Of a DNA stretch of 64,000 bases, positions 53,173-63,247 are shown piece by piece. A program made the position numbers and the translations under genes. Position 1 is the stretch's first letter, and the number at the start of each line of letters is the position of its first letter. The notes under the pieces were generated by a model. It worked only from the letters and a program-made list of their open reading frames with translations. It searched no databases and was not told where the DNA came from. This DNA comes from Parcubacteria group bacterium GW2011_GWA2_42_14 (GTDB lineage: Bacteria > Patescibacteriota > Minisyncoccia > Sungbacterales > GWA2-42-14), in NCBI GenBank assembly GCA_000998135.1, contig LCCV01000001.1:72958-136957 (forward strand), given 5' to 3'.

Positions 53173-55680
53173 ATGAAGCGTCTCATCTTTTTTATTTTTG
53201 GCATGTCCCTACTCGGCCTTTCTCTGGCCGGCCTTTTTGTAATTTTCATTGCCCGCGGCCTGCCGGATCCGGCTAAAATTACCGAGCGTCAGGTTGCCGA
53301 ATCAACCAAAATTTTTGACCGCACCGGAAAAATAATACTTTATGAAATACACGGAGAAGAAAAAAGAACCGTAATTCCGCTTGAAGAAATGCCGGAAATC
53401 ATAAAACAGGCAACCATTGCCATAGAAGACGCGGATTTTTATAAACACTCTGGAATAAGTTTAAGAGGAATTGCGCGCGCAATTTTTATTGATATTCTAC
53501 GAAAGGGTTTTGTTCAGGGCGGCTCCGGCATTACCCAGCAACTCGTAAAAAACTCTTTTTTGGGAAGAGAACGAACTATCACCAGAAAAATAAAAGAAGC
53601 AATACTGGCTATACAACTTGAACGAAAATACACCAAAGATGATATCTTGGAACTTTACTTAAACCAAATTCCGTACGGAAGCAACGCTTACGGAATTCAG
53701 GCGGCATCCCGCACATTTTTCGGAAAAGACGCCAAGGACTTAACACTGGCAGAAGCTGCCGCTCTGGCTTCGCTTCCCAAAGCGCCGACCTATTATTCTC
53801 CTTACGGCTCGCGCAAAAATGAACTAATGGCAAGAAAAAATTACGTGCTGGACCGAATAATAATCGCCGGGCATATAACCGCGGAAGAAGCGGAAATTGC
53901 CAAAAAAGAAAATATAAATTTCTTGGCTCCCCGCCAAAATATCAGAGCGCCGCACTTTATCATGCTGGTTCGGGAATATTTGAACGAAAAATACGGCGAT
54001 GATATTGTGGAAGCGGGCGGACTTAATGTGATTACAACTCTTGACTGGGAACTTCAGGAAATGGCGGAAAATATTGTTAAAGAGGGTGCTACAAGAAACG
54101 AAAAACTAATCAAGGCGCATAATGCGGCCCTTGCGGCTTTAAACCCAAAAACCGGAGAAATTCTGGCCATGGTAGGGTCCAGAGATTATTTTGACATAGA
54201 AAACGAAGGAAATTTTAATGTGGCAACCGCGTTTAGACAACCTGGTTCAGCATTCAAACCTTTTGTCTATGCCGCGGCCTTTAAAAAAGGATTCACGCCC
54301 GATACCGTGCTTTTTGACGTTCCAACGGAATTCAATCCTGGATGTGGTTCAGGAGCGACCTCAACCGTTATAGGCGATAGAATTCTTAGGCCCAACGAAG
54401 AGCCGGCAGAATACGAAAAATGCTACCATCCTGGAAACTATGATGAAAAATTCCGGGGACCGGTAACACTTCGCCAAGCTATTGCCCAATCAATAAATGT
54501 CCCGTCAGTAAAACTTTTATATCTTACCGGAGTAAACGATGCCATTGAACTTGCCCGGGGACTGGGAATCACGTCTCTTACCGACCCCAAACGATATAGT
54601 TTATCTTTGGTGCTTGGCGGAGCCGAGGTTCAGTTGCTCGAAATGCTCAGCGCTTACGGAGTTTTTGCCAACGACGGCATACTTGCCCCAAAAACATTCA
54701 TTCTGGAAGTAAAAAGCGGTGAAGAAATACTTGAAGAAAAAAAAGACGAGCCAAGAGCGGCCCTGGATACCAACATTGCCAGAACAATCAATGATGTTTT
54801 ATCAGACAATGAAGCCCGCATCGGCGTTTTTCAAAGATATTCAAGCTTGTATTTTTCCGACAGGCAGGTGGCTGCCAAAACAGGAACCACCCAGGAATAC
54901 CGCGATGCCTGGACAATAGGATATACCCCCAGTATTGTTGCCGGTGTTTGGGTTGGGAATAATGATAATACGCCGATTCAACAAAAAGGGTCTGGTGTTT
55001 TAGCGGCAGCGCCAATTTGGCACGCTTTTATGGCTTCAGCCACGGCCAAAATGCTTCCCGAAGAATTCCCCAGGCCTGAATACCAAAGACCGGAAAAACC
55101 GATTTTGCGCGGACTTTGGCAAGGAGGAGAAATTGTAAAATTAGACAAAATTTCCAAAAAACTTGCTTCCACCTCAACTCCACCGGAATATATTGAAGAC
55201 GTGGCCATAGGAGAACCGCATGATATTTTATACTGGATTGATAAGGATAACCCCACGGGAGACAAACCGGAAAATCCGGAAAAGAATTCGCAATACGAAA
55301 ATTGGGAATGGGCCTTTCAGGAATGGCTGAAAACATCGGGGTTTAAGCAAATGAGCAGGGAAGAATTGCCCAAAGATTACGACGATGTTCACACTGAAGC
55401 CAATCGGCCGGTTATCACTAAAATTTCCCTGGAAGAAGCAACCAGCACCATCCCAGAAGCCACCAGCACTTTAAAATTAATCATCTCAATAAAATCCAAT
55501 TTTTCTTTAAAAGAAATAGATGTTTTTTCCAATAATGAACTAGTTCAAAGTTTTTCCTTGCCAGAAAAAGATAAGCCGTATGAAATCATTATCCACAAGA
55601 TCGAGGGCGCGGAAGAATTTCCTCAAATAAAAATTAAAGCATACGACAATGTGGGGAACTGGAACGAATTAATTTTATAG
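53173..55680 (+). CDS. Class A penicillin-binding protein (PBP1A family)
   Basis: EDADFY, GGSGITQQL, RKIKE, SAFK, SIN and KTG motifs. Confidence 0.95.
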   Translation: MKRLIFFIFGMSLLGLSLAGLFVIFIARGLPDPAKITERQVAESTKIFDRTGKIILYEIHGEEKRTVIPLEEMPEIIKQATIAIEDADFYKHSGISLRGIARAIFIDILRKGFVQGGSGITQQLVKNSFLGRERTITRKIKEAILAIQLERKYTKDDILELYLNQIPYGSNAYGIQAASRTFFGKDAKDLTLAEAAALASLPKAPTYYSPYGSRKNELMARKNYVLDRIIIAGHITAEEAEIAKKENINFLAPRQNIRAPHFIMLVREYLNEKYGDDIVEAGGLNVITTLDWELQEMAENIVKEGATRNEKLIKAHNAALAALNPKTGEILAMVGSRDYFDIENEGNFNVATAFRQPGSAFKPFVYAAAFKKGFTPDTVLFDVPTEFNPGCGSGATSTVIGDRILRPNEEPAEYEKCYHPGNYDEKFRGPVTLRQAIAQSINVPSVKLLYLTGVNDAIELARGLGITSLTDPKRYSLSLVLGGAEVQLLEMLSAYGVFANDGILAPKTFILEVKSGEEILEEKKDEPRAALDTNIARTINDVLSDNEARIGVFQRYSSLYFSDRQVAAKTGTTQEYRDAWTIGYTPSIVAGVWVGNNDNTPIQQKGSGVLAAAPIWHAFMASATAKMLPEEFPRPEYQRPEKPILRGLWQGGEIVKLDKISKKLASTSTPPEYIEDVAIGEPHDILYWIDKDNPTGDKPENPEKNSQYENWEWAFQEWLKTSGFKQMSREELPKDYDDVHTEANRPVITKISLEEATSTIPEATSTLKLIISIKSNFSLKEIDVFSNNELVQSFSLPEKDKPYEIIIHKIEGAEEFPQIKIKAYDNVGNWNELIL

Positions 55681-55700
55681 TTGCAAAAAAACATAATTTT

Positions 55701-55725
55701 AAATCCCGCGAAAGCGGGATTTTTT
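55701..55725. terminator. Bidirectional intrinsic terminator
   Basis: AAATCCCGC-GAAA-GCGGGATTT between convergent PBP and dnaN. Confidence 0.8.
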
Positions 55726-55746
55726 ATTTTAAATAAATTATAAATA

Positions 55747-56847
55747 TCATAAATTCCTAATCGGCATTAACACATATATCAAAGATTCATCCGTTTTGGA
55801 GCGGAGAAGGGCAGGAGAAGATTCCCCGGAAACTCCAATAAAGATTTCTTCGTCTTGAATGGATTCCAGACCGTCCAAAAGATATCGGAAATTAAAACTC
55901 AAATTCACCGGCTTACCTGTAAATTTTTTCAATTTTATTTTAGAACTCATGGAGCCAAGTTCTGAATTGGAAGACTCAACTGTTAAAAATTCTCCTGAAA
56001 ATTTCAAAATAATATCATTAAGCTTGCTTGATAAAACAGAAGCGGCTCTTATTTTCTGAATCAATTCAGATTTTTCAATAAGCGCGGTTGATTCAAAATT
56101 TTTAGGAATAATTCCTGCGTACTCAGGAAAAATTCCATCAATCAGTCGAGATGTTATAACTTGATCCCCTACAATAAATACAACCTGATTGTCGGAATAA
56201 GTAATAATAACCTCATCTCCTTCCTCAAAAAATAATCTAGCTAGTTCTTCAACTGTTCTAACCGGAACCACAAAAGACGATTTAGTTTCATCGGAACTTG
56301 CCAAAGTTATTGTTTTTTCAGCAAGACGAAAGGTATCTGTTGCAACCAACTTTAACTTTTTTCCTTCAATTTTTAAAAGCACACCTGAAATTTCCGGTTT
56401 TAATTCTGAACGGGAAACAGCAGTAATAACACTTTTAATTCCGTCAACTAATAATAAAAACGCGGAATTTAATTTTTTACCGCCTTTTATTTTAGGAATA
56501 ATCGGAAAATCTTTGGAAGGATTACCATTTATGGTTATTTTTGAATTTTCGGAATTAATTAAAAGTATATTATTCTTTTCTTCAATGATAATGTTTTCTT
56601 CTTGAATGGTTTGAATTACTGTTGAAAGAATTTTTGCCGGAACAGTTATTATTCCTTCCTGAACAACTTTACAGGAAAAATCAGATTCTATGGCCATTTC
56701 AAGATTGGTGGCTATAATAGAGCATTTTTTTCCTTTTGCTTCAATTAACACATTTCCTAAAATAGGAAGATTAATATTTTTTCCGGTAAACCTTTCTGCT
56801 TGTATTACAATATTTTTAAAATTATTTCTTAAGGAAATTATTTTCAT
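55747..56847 (-). CDS. dnaN: DNA polymerase III beta clamp
   Basis: LPILGN, ATNLE, ATDTFRL, SRLIDG.FP and VLMPI motifs. Confidence 0.96.
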   Translation of the reverse strand: MKIISLRNNFKNIVIQAERFTGKNINLPILGNVLIEAKGKKCSIIATNLEMAIESDFSCKVVQEGIITVPAKILSTVIQTIQEENIIIEEKNNILLINSENSKITINGNPSKDFPIIPKIKGGKKLNSAFLLLVDGIKSVITAVSRSELKPEISGVLLKIEGKKLKLVATDTFRLAEKTITLASSDETKSSFVVPVRTVEELARLFFEEGDEVIITYSDNQVVFIVGDQVITSRLIDGIFPEYAGIIPKNFESTALIEKSELIQKIRAASVLSSKLNDIILKFSGEFLTVESSNSELGSMSSKIKLKKFTGKPVNLSFNFRYLLDGLESIQDEEIFIGVSGESSPALLRSKTDESLIYVLMPIRNL

Positions 56848-57112
56848 TTTTTTAAAGCTATATTTTATATTTATATATTTAAACTATTATTGTTATTAGA
56901 TATTCAATTTTTGTTAATTAGTATAAAAATCATTTATTTATTTCATTTTTTGATTTTTTATCTTGTGTTTAAGATATAAAAGATATTGTTGATAACTTAT
57001 ATATAAATTTTTAACTTATTTTATATATATACATTTTACGGATTAAATTAATAAGTGTTGCTCAGGAGATTACCATGTTTTTACTATAGTGATTAACATA
57101 TTTATCAACATA
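56848..57112. other. Putative replication origin oriC
   Basis: Very AT-rich dnaA-dnaN spacer with DnaA-box variants TGTTGATAA (56987-56995) and TTATCAACA (57102-57110); the + strand shifts from C-rich to G-rich across this region by eye. Confidence 0.7.
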
Positions 57113-58504
57113 TTACGAAGTATACATTTTTTCTTTTATAATTTTTATTTCTTCTTCTAAATCCAAATTAGATTTAATATTAGACAATATTTTTTTATAA
57201 GCATGAATGGCCGTAGTGTGGTCTTTTTTTCCTATTTTTTCTCCAATAAAAGGAAAAGAACATTTTAATTCTTCTCTTAAAAGATACATGGCTATTTGTC
57301 TTGGTTTCACGACTTCTTTTTTTCTTGATTTGTTCAGTATTTCTTTTTCGCTCAATTCATAAAAATCAGCCACGGTTTTAATGACTTTTTTAGGAGTGAC
57401 AAATTTTCTCGGAGCATAAATTATTTGGCTTATAATTTTTTTTACATACTCAAGTTCGGGTACGCAATTATTCATTTTTGCCGTAAGAACTATACGGTTT
57501 AGCGCTCCTTCTAATTCTCTGATGTTATTTTTTATAGTTCTGGCAATATAATCAAGAATATCTTCCGGAATTACTATGCCGGTTTTTTCCATTTTAATTT
57601 TAAGAATCGTCAGTTTGGTTTCATAATCAGGTTCTCCTATGTCCGCAATCATACCTCCTTCAAAACGAGATTTGAGCCTAGCTTCCAGTGTCGCGATTGC
57701 CGCCGGGGGTCGGTCTGAAGATATTATTATTTGTTTATTTTTTTCATATAACGCGTTAAAGGTATGGAAGAATTCTTCCTGCATTTTTTCCGTCCTGGCG
57801 ATGAATTGAATGTCATCCATTATTAAAAAATCATAAGCCCGATATTTTTCTTTTAATTGATTCATTTCCTGGTTTTTTAGGGCTTCCACTATTTCGCCCA
57901 TGAATTTTTCGGAAGAAACGTATTTTACTTTAGCTTTGGGATTCTGTTTTATTATTTCGTTTCCTATCGCTTGTATCAAGTGTGTTTTACCTAGTCCCAC
58001 TCCGCCATATAAAAAGAGCGGGTTATAAATTCCCGGCTTTATTACTATTGACTTTGCCGCAGCATGCGCCAGTTCGTTAAATGAGCCCACGATGAAAGAA
58101 TCAAAAGTATATTTGGGATTGAGGCTTGTTTCAGGGTTTATATTCAGGTCTTTAAGTTCGAATTCGGAAGAAAAAGATATGTCGTTTGCTGGTTTTACGG
58201 AAACCCTGGCAATTGTAGGCAAACCGTATTTGGTGTCGTTTTTTTGTGTTGCAAGCTGTTTTGTTCCGATTACGTAACTCACTTCTTTTACTTGGGAATT
58301 TATATTTCTAACAGCTCTTAATACGAATTTATTGTATTTATTTTCCAGCCATTCTTTTACAAATCCGTTAGGAACGGAAACAGAAACCCTATGGCCGTCC
58401 ATTTCAATTGCAGAAGTGTCTTTGAACCAAGTAAGAAAGGCCGCCCGGCTTATATTGAGTTCTATTTCGGCCAAAGCCGTTTTCCATAAATCATTAAGCT
58501 CCAT
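57113..58504 (-). CDS. dnaA: Chromosomal replication initiator DnaA
   Basis: YTFDSF, GGVGLGKTHL, DDIQF, NIRELEGAL and KDHTT motifs. Confidence 0.98.
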   Translation of the reverse strand: MELNDLWKTALAEIELNISRAAFLTWFKDTSAIEMDGHRVSVSVPNGFVKEWLENKYNKFVLRAVRNINSQVKEVSYVIGTKQLATQKNDTKYGLPTIARVSVKPANDISFSSEFELKDLNINPETSLNPKYTFDSFIVGSFNELAHAAAKSIVIKPGIYNPLFLYGGVGLGKTHLIQAIGNEIIKQNPKAKVKYVSSEKFMGEIVEALKNQEMNQLKEKYRAYDFLIMDDIQFIARTEKMQEEFFHTFNALYEKNKQIIISSDRPPAAIATLEARLKSRFEGGMIADIGEPDYETKLTILKIKMEKTGIVIPEDILDYIARTIKNNIRELEGALNRIVLTAKMNNCVPELEYVKKIISQIIYAPRKFVTPKKVIKTVADFYELSEKEILNKSRKKEVVKPRQIAMYLLREELKCSFPFIGEKIGKKDHTTAIHAYKKILSNIKSNLDLEEEIKIIKEKMYTS

Positions 58505-58770
58505 AATCTCTAATCAATCTCTAATTTTTCCGCGAATTATCCATAATTCGCGATTATTTGAGATATCTTATTAACGGGTAATTCGAGATTTTCAAAACAC
58601 CTTTGTATTATAAATTGAATACGCAATACGGCAAAATTTCATAAACTGAATAATATGTTGAGAGACTGTTAATAACTCAACCGACAACTTATAACCTACA
58701 ACCAATAACACGTTTCGCCGTTTAGCTGTTATGGGTTGTCAGTTGTCAGTTGTTAGTTTATATTATATGT

Positions 58771-58908
58771 ATGTCTATCACGTATCAGCCAAAAAAGAGA
58801 AAAAGAAAAAAGGTTCATGGATTTTTGAAAAGGATGGCCACGCCGACAGGAAGAAGGGTATTAAACCGGAGAAGGGGGAAAGGGAGAAAGAAGATTACTG
58901 TGGTATAA
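58771..58908 (+). CDS. rpmH: 50S ribosomal protein L34
   Basis: Not in ORF track; [45 protein letters not shown]. Confidence 0.96.
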   Translation: MSITYQPKKRKRKKVHGFLKRMATPTGRRVLNRRRGKGRKKITVV

Positions 58909-58975
58909 ACTAACAACTAACAACTCACAACCAACAATGCGTGTTGTAAGTTATGGGTTGTAAGTTACGAAAAGT

Positions 58976-59329
58976 TTGGCTCTTCCCAGGCAATTCAGAT
59001 TAAAAAGAAAAGACGTCAGAAATGTTTTTATGGGTTCGCGCAGATTTTCTTCTGTCATCGGCACTTTTTTTTTGAAAAAGAATGGTTTTTTGTTTAATCG
59101 GTTTGGTTTTGCCGTGCCGGTCTCAGTGTCAAAAAAATCCAACGCAAGGAACAGGATAAAAAGAATGGCGGTCGAATGGACGTGTGCGCATTTTCGTGAA
59201 GTTGCCGGCGGCTTTGATGTTTTGGTCATTTTCAAAAAAGAAGTTGTAAATTTGAACAAAAAGGAATTTTATAAGCATCTGCGGGCGTCTTTTATTAATG
59301 CAGGGATTTTTAAGGGCTCTGCTCGTTAA
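58976..59329 (+). CDS. rnpA: Ribonuclease P protein component
   Basis: RFGFAV..KKSNARNRIKR motif; synteny. Confidence 0.93.
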   Translation: MALPRQFRLKRKDVRNVFMGSRRFSSVIGTFFLKKNGFLFNRFGFAVPVSVSKKSNARNRIKRMAVEWTCAHFREVAGGFDVLVIFKKEVVNLNKKEFYKHLRASFINAGIFKGSAR

Positions 59330-59422
59330 TTAACCACTAACAACCTCTTGAATCGTTGCGAATCGCAAGCAAGATTTATTCGAAAAAAATCAAGGACAAA
59401 ATTAATGAATTATCAGAGAAAT

Positions 59423-59671
59423 ATGTTTTTAGCAATCATTATTAATTTAATAAAATTTTACCAAAAAATATTTTCTCCAGACCACGGGATTTTTAAAAAT
59501 GTTTTTGGATATTCAAGGTGCAGATTTTATCCTTCTTGTTCAGTTTATACACTTGAAGCTGTCAGTCAATATGGACTTTCTCTCGGTATTATGTTATCGC
59601 TAAAGAGAATTTTCAAATGCAATCCATTCAATGAAGGAGGTTATGATCCGGTAGTAAGGCGATTCGAATGA
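59423..59671 (+). CDS. yidD: Membrane protein insertion efficiency factor YidD
   Basis: CRFYPSCS and KCNPFNEGGYDPV motifs. Confidence 0.93.
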   Translation: MFLAIIINLIKFYQKIFSPDHGIFKNVFGYSRCRFYPSCSVYTLEAVSQYGLSLGIMLSLKRIFKCNPFNEGGYDPVVRRFE

Positions 59672-59765
59672 CTCAAATTTTGCACGCGAATGACTCGAAT
59701 ATTTATGGCGGGTTAGGTTGAGTTATTAGAATCATTCGGGTGTCATTTGTATATTAGAGTCGCTT

Positions 59766-60494
59766 TTGATTTTGAATCCACTAATGCTTATCTATAATGA
59801 AGTTATTTACAGGCCGTTTTTAAACGGTCTTATTTTAATTTATTCGTTTTTGCCCGTACACGATATGGGTTTGGCAATTGTTATTTTTACCGTTTTGATA
59901 CGCGTTCTTATTTATCCTTTAAGCCATTATTCTTTGAAGGCCCAGAAAAAAATGGTTGTTATTCAGCCAAAAATCAAGGAAATTCAGGAAAAATACAAAG
60001 ATAAAAAAGAAGAACAGACACGCCGCATAATGGAATTATATAAGGAGCATAAAACCAATCCTTTTTCCGGATGCGTTTTGCTGATTTTGCAGTTGCCGGT
60101 TTTTATAGCCCTTTTTCAGGTTTTTCGTTATGGTTTTGATGTTTCATCTTTTTCATATCTTTATTCTTTTATGCCCCACCCGGACTCTATCAACCCTCTT
60201 TTTTTGGGAATTATTGATGTTACCAAAAGAAATATTTTTTTGTCGGTTCTTGTCGGGGCAAGTCAATATGTTCAAGCATTAACTATGCCGCAGCCCCAAA
60301 TTGGTGGCGGAGAGCAGGGTTCAAGTTTTGCCGGCGAATTTAGCAAAGCGATGCAGGCCAATACGAAATATATGCTGCCGATATTTATGGCATTTATTTC
60401 GTTTTCACTACCTTCGGCTTTGGCTCTCTACTTTACAGTTTCCAATGTTTTTGTTATACTGCAGCAGATGATTGTAAATAGAAAAACACAATGA
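59766..60494 (+). CDS. yidC: YidC/Oxa1 membrane insertase
   Basis: GLAIVIFTVLIR, QPKIKEIQ, NPFSGC and PSALALY motifs. Confidence 0.95.
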   Translation: MILNPLMLIYNEVIYRPFLNGLILIYSFLPVHDMGLAIVIFTVLIRVLIYPLSHYSLKAQKKMVVIQPKIKEIQEKYKDKKEEQTRRIMELYKEHKTNPFSGCVLLILQLPVFIALFQVFRYGFDVSSFSYLYSFMPHPDSINPLFLGIIDVTKRNIFLSVLVGASQYVQALTMPQPQIGGGEQGSSFAGEFSKAMQANTKYMLPIFMAFISFSLPSALALYFTVSNVFVILQQMIVNRKTQ

Positions 60495-60613
60495 TGCCAA
60501 TCTATAAATGAAATGTTAACTCTATAAATTATGAATTAGTTTTTCCTACAAATTACGAATTTTGCCGAATTACGAATTCGTAATTCGAATCCATTCATAA
60601 TTTATAGGATAAT

Positions 60614-61060
60614 ATGGAGCAGGCAAAAGAAAAAATTAAAGAGATGCTTACTATAATCGGAATTAATGCGGAGGTTGAAATTAAAGAACCGGGCGGATTT
60701 GAAACCGCCCATTTGGCAATTACGACAGATGATGCCCGGCTTTTGATAGGGCAAGGCGGTCAAAATTTACATTCATTTGAACATATTCTCAAAAGAATTC
60801 TTCATAAGAAACTTGGAACACTTCCCGCGTTTTATATTGATGTGAACGGATACAGGATGAACCGCATGGAAGAGTTAAGGGAAGAAGCAAGAGGCGTAGC
60901 CAAGAAAGTCAGGCTTTATCGCAAGGAAATTTGCCTTAGGCCGATGAATTCTTTTGAGAGAAGGGTGGTTCATACGGTTTTGGCTGAGTACCCCGATATT
61001 ACTACGGAGTCGGTCGGTGAAGATTTAAGTAGGGCGGTGGTTATTAAGCCGCTTCCATAA
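60614..61060 (+). CDS. Jag/KhpB-like KH-R3H RNA-binding protein
   Basis: LIGQGG, DVNGYR and PMNSFERRVVH motifs. Confidence 0.9.
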   Translation: MEQAKEKIKEMLTIIGINAEVEIKEPGGFETAHLAITTDDARLLIGQGGQNLHSFEHILKRILHKKLGTLPAFYIDVNGYRMNRMEELREEARGVAKKVRLYRKEICLRPMNSFERRVVHTVLAEYPDITTESVGEDLSRAVVIKPLP

Positions 61061-61236
61061 AATTTTCAATAAATTATTAAATTTATAAATTTTCAAACAC
61101 ACCGCGCCTCGTAATTGAAAACTAAATCGATTAAACTGTTTTAAAATTTTTTGTCTTATTACGCCAGAAACTGAAGGTTTCGGCATTGCTTTTTGAGACT
61201 GTTGCCGAATGACCCTTTTCCATTTAATTGTAATTT

Positions 61237-61265
61237 AAAAGCCCGCATTAATATGCGGGCTTTTG
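61237..61265. terminator. Bidirectional intrinsic terminator
   Basis: AAAAGCCCGCAT-TAAT-ATGCGGGCTTTT. Confidence 0.75.
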
Positions 61266-61290
61266 TTTTAATGCTATTATTGATAGATTC

Positions 61291-62472
61291 TTACAGCTTT
61301 AATCTCCACAATGTTTCGTCGTTTTTATCCTGGAAGAACAAAAATTGGTTATCCTGTGAAAGAAAAAGGTTGAACGCGTCAAAATTTTTCTCAGTATATA
61401 CTTCTTTTATTGAAATATTTCCCGATTGGCTATTGGCGGTATCGATTTGAACAAACCGGTCCTGGAAGAAACCGGTTCCCATGTACCAGTCGTCCGGCAG
61501 AATTCCGAAAAGGGTTATATTTTTTGGGACGGCGCAAAAAATTGAGGAGCCGTCCTTTTTAAAGACGCATTTTTCCGGAAGAGTCTGGGTTTCTATTTCT
61601 TGCGAATCGCTTCCGTCAATTTTGGAAAAATAAAGTTTGAGGTTTTTGCCCGAAGAGTTCGTTCCGGCAAAAAGCATGTTTTGTGCGTCTGGTGAGGGAA
61701 GAATTGTTAACCCGTAACTTTCAGTGAATATTTTGTTGAAAGTTTTTTTTGTCCTGTCGTAATAGAATAAAATTCCCGGAGCAGCCCCTGAAGGGCGCGA
61801 TGCCAGAAGTATTTTATCTTTGCTTGTCCAAAAAATATTAAAGTCCGGAATTGGTGTTGCATAAACTACTGCCGGTTTCTGGGCTTTATCGTCGGTGATG
61901 GTCAGATTAAATGACTCTTTTTGGTTGATGAAGTAAGCAATTTCTTTGCCGTCCGGGGACCAGCCGGTTGTGGTAACGCTTGCGGGGAGGAAAATAACTC
62001 CGCTGGTTGCGGTTGAACTTATGAATCTTTTCGCGGTCCCGGATTCAATATAGGTCAAAATTGCCGCTTCTTTATCAGGATTTTGCCACAAGGCCTCCAG
62101 TAGGCCGAGTATGGTGATGGTAGAAAGTTTCTCCTCATTTTTGCCGTCAAGCCCGACTGCTTCAAGGTTTCCGCCGGCCTTAGCGTAATAAAGAATTTTG
62201 GTTCCGTCTTGGGAAAGCGCCGGCGAAATAATCGGTTTGGAAACTATTTGAATAAGTTTTTGCTCTCTTTCCAATTCTTCTCTGGTTTTGGGCAGTTTAG
62301 GGGGTGTAGGCGGTGTTATGGTTATGCGGCGGGTTCCCGGTATGGGCAGTCCTCCGAATAAATCATTTATAGCTTTATCTCCCCCGCCGTAGAAATAATA
62401 ATAAGCCAGTCCTCCGAGGACAAGGAGGCCGGTTATGGCGCTGGTAATTTTGATGAGTTTTTTTCTTTCCAT
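61291..62472 (-). CDS. Membrane-anchored beta-propeller (TolB-like) protein
   Basis: N-terminal TM; SQDG, WSPDG and SPDA blade motifs. Confidence 0.8.
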   Translation of the reverse strand: MERKKLIKITSAITGLLVLGGLAYYYFYGGGDKAINDLFGGLPIPGTRRITITPPTPPKLPKTREELEREQKLIQIVSKPIISPALSQDGTKILYYAKAGGNLEAVGLDGKNEEKLSTITILGLLEALWQNPDKEAAILTYIESGTAKRFISSTATSGVIFLPASVTTTGWSPDGKEIAYFINQKESFNLTITDDKAQKPAVVYATPIPDFNIFWTSKDKILLASRPSGAAPGILFYYDRTKKTFNKIFTESYGLTILPSPDAQNMLFAGTNSSGKNLKLYFSKIDGSDSQEIETQTLPEKCVFKKDGSSIFCAVPKNITLFGILPDDWYMGTGFFQDRFVQIDTANSQSGNISIKEVYTEKNFDAFNLFLSQDNQFLFFQDKNDETLWRLKL

Positions 62473-62603
62473 AGCTTTACGAATTACGAATTTTTACCTA
62501 GTCCGTTAAACGGGTTAGGACGAATTTAAGAATCGATATATTCTAACTTTAATATTCGTACATTCGTACTGATTAGTAATTCGTAAATATTTATTAATAC
62601 ATA

Positions 62604-63032
62604 TTAGGGTTTCAAATATTTACTTAAGTCTAGATTAGTAAATCCCTTGACCAAGTCCGGATTTATGGTATAAAGCAGAACATAAGAAAATGCCGCGAGC
62701 AAAAGGCCGTAAATGGCGTTTGAAATCCAGCCCTTGGCTTCTCCAAGTTTTGAAGGGTTGCCTGCGGCAACTATATAAAGAACTCCGCCGTAAACCATTG
62801 CTCCTAAAGCCGCAATTCCCACCAAGCCCAGAAGGTATTGGTAGAGATTGTCAAGATAGCCGGAGTAGCTTAGCGCCAAATACGGCGAGGCCGTTTGGGC
62901 CGTTGCTTCAACAACCACGCATTCTCCCTGGGTTTTGGTTGGGCAGGTGTTTTTGGCGTAAGAAATTTGTACCAACAGAACAGCTGACAAGATAAGTATG
63001 AGAAAAATTGTAATGTGTTTAAATATCTTCAT
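62604..63032 (-). CDS. CPR-type pilin (TrbC/VirB2-like)
   Basis: YGGVLYIVAAGNPSKLGEAK..NAIYGLLL..LYTINPDL motif. Confidence 0.85.
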   Translation of the reverse strand: MKIFKHITIFLILILSAVLLVQISYAKNTCPTKTQGECVVVEATAQTASPYLALSYSGYLDNLYQYLLGLVGIAALGAMVYGGVLYIVAAGNPSKLGEAKGWISNAIYGLLLAAFSYVLLYTINPDLVKGFTNLDLSKYLKP

Positions 63033-63247
63033 AATTTCTAATTAACCCAATTTCTAATTACCTGATAAAATACCGTAAGAATTTCTAATTGTCTAATTCA
63101 CCTAATTTCTAATAAAATAACCAAATTCCAAAATTTTAAATTAAGTATTTAAGAATTAGAAATTTTATTAGGTGAATTAGGTAATTAGGAATTAGGTGAA
63201 TTTTCATCATGGTTAATTAGAATAATAATTAGGTTTTTTTGGATTTT

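Noticed and set aside
55432-55470. EATST direct repeat in the PBP1A C-terminus
   Set aside because: Simple local duplication in a variable linker; no hairpin or dispersed copies
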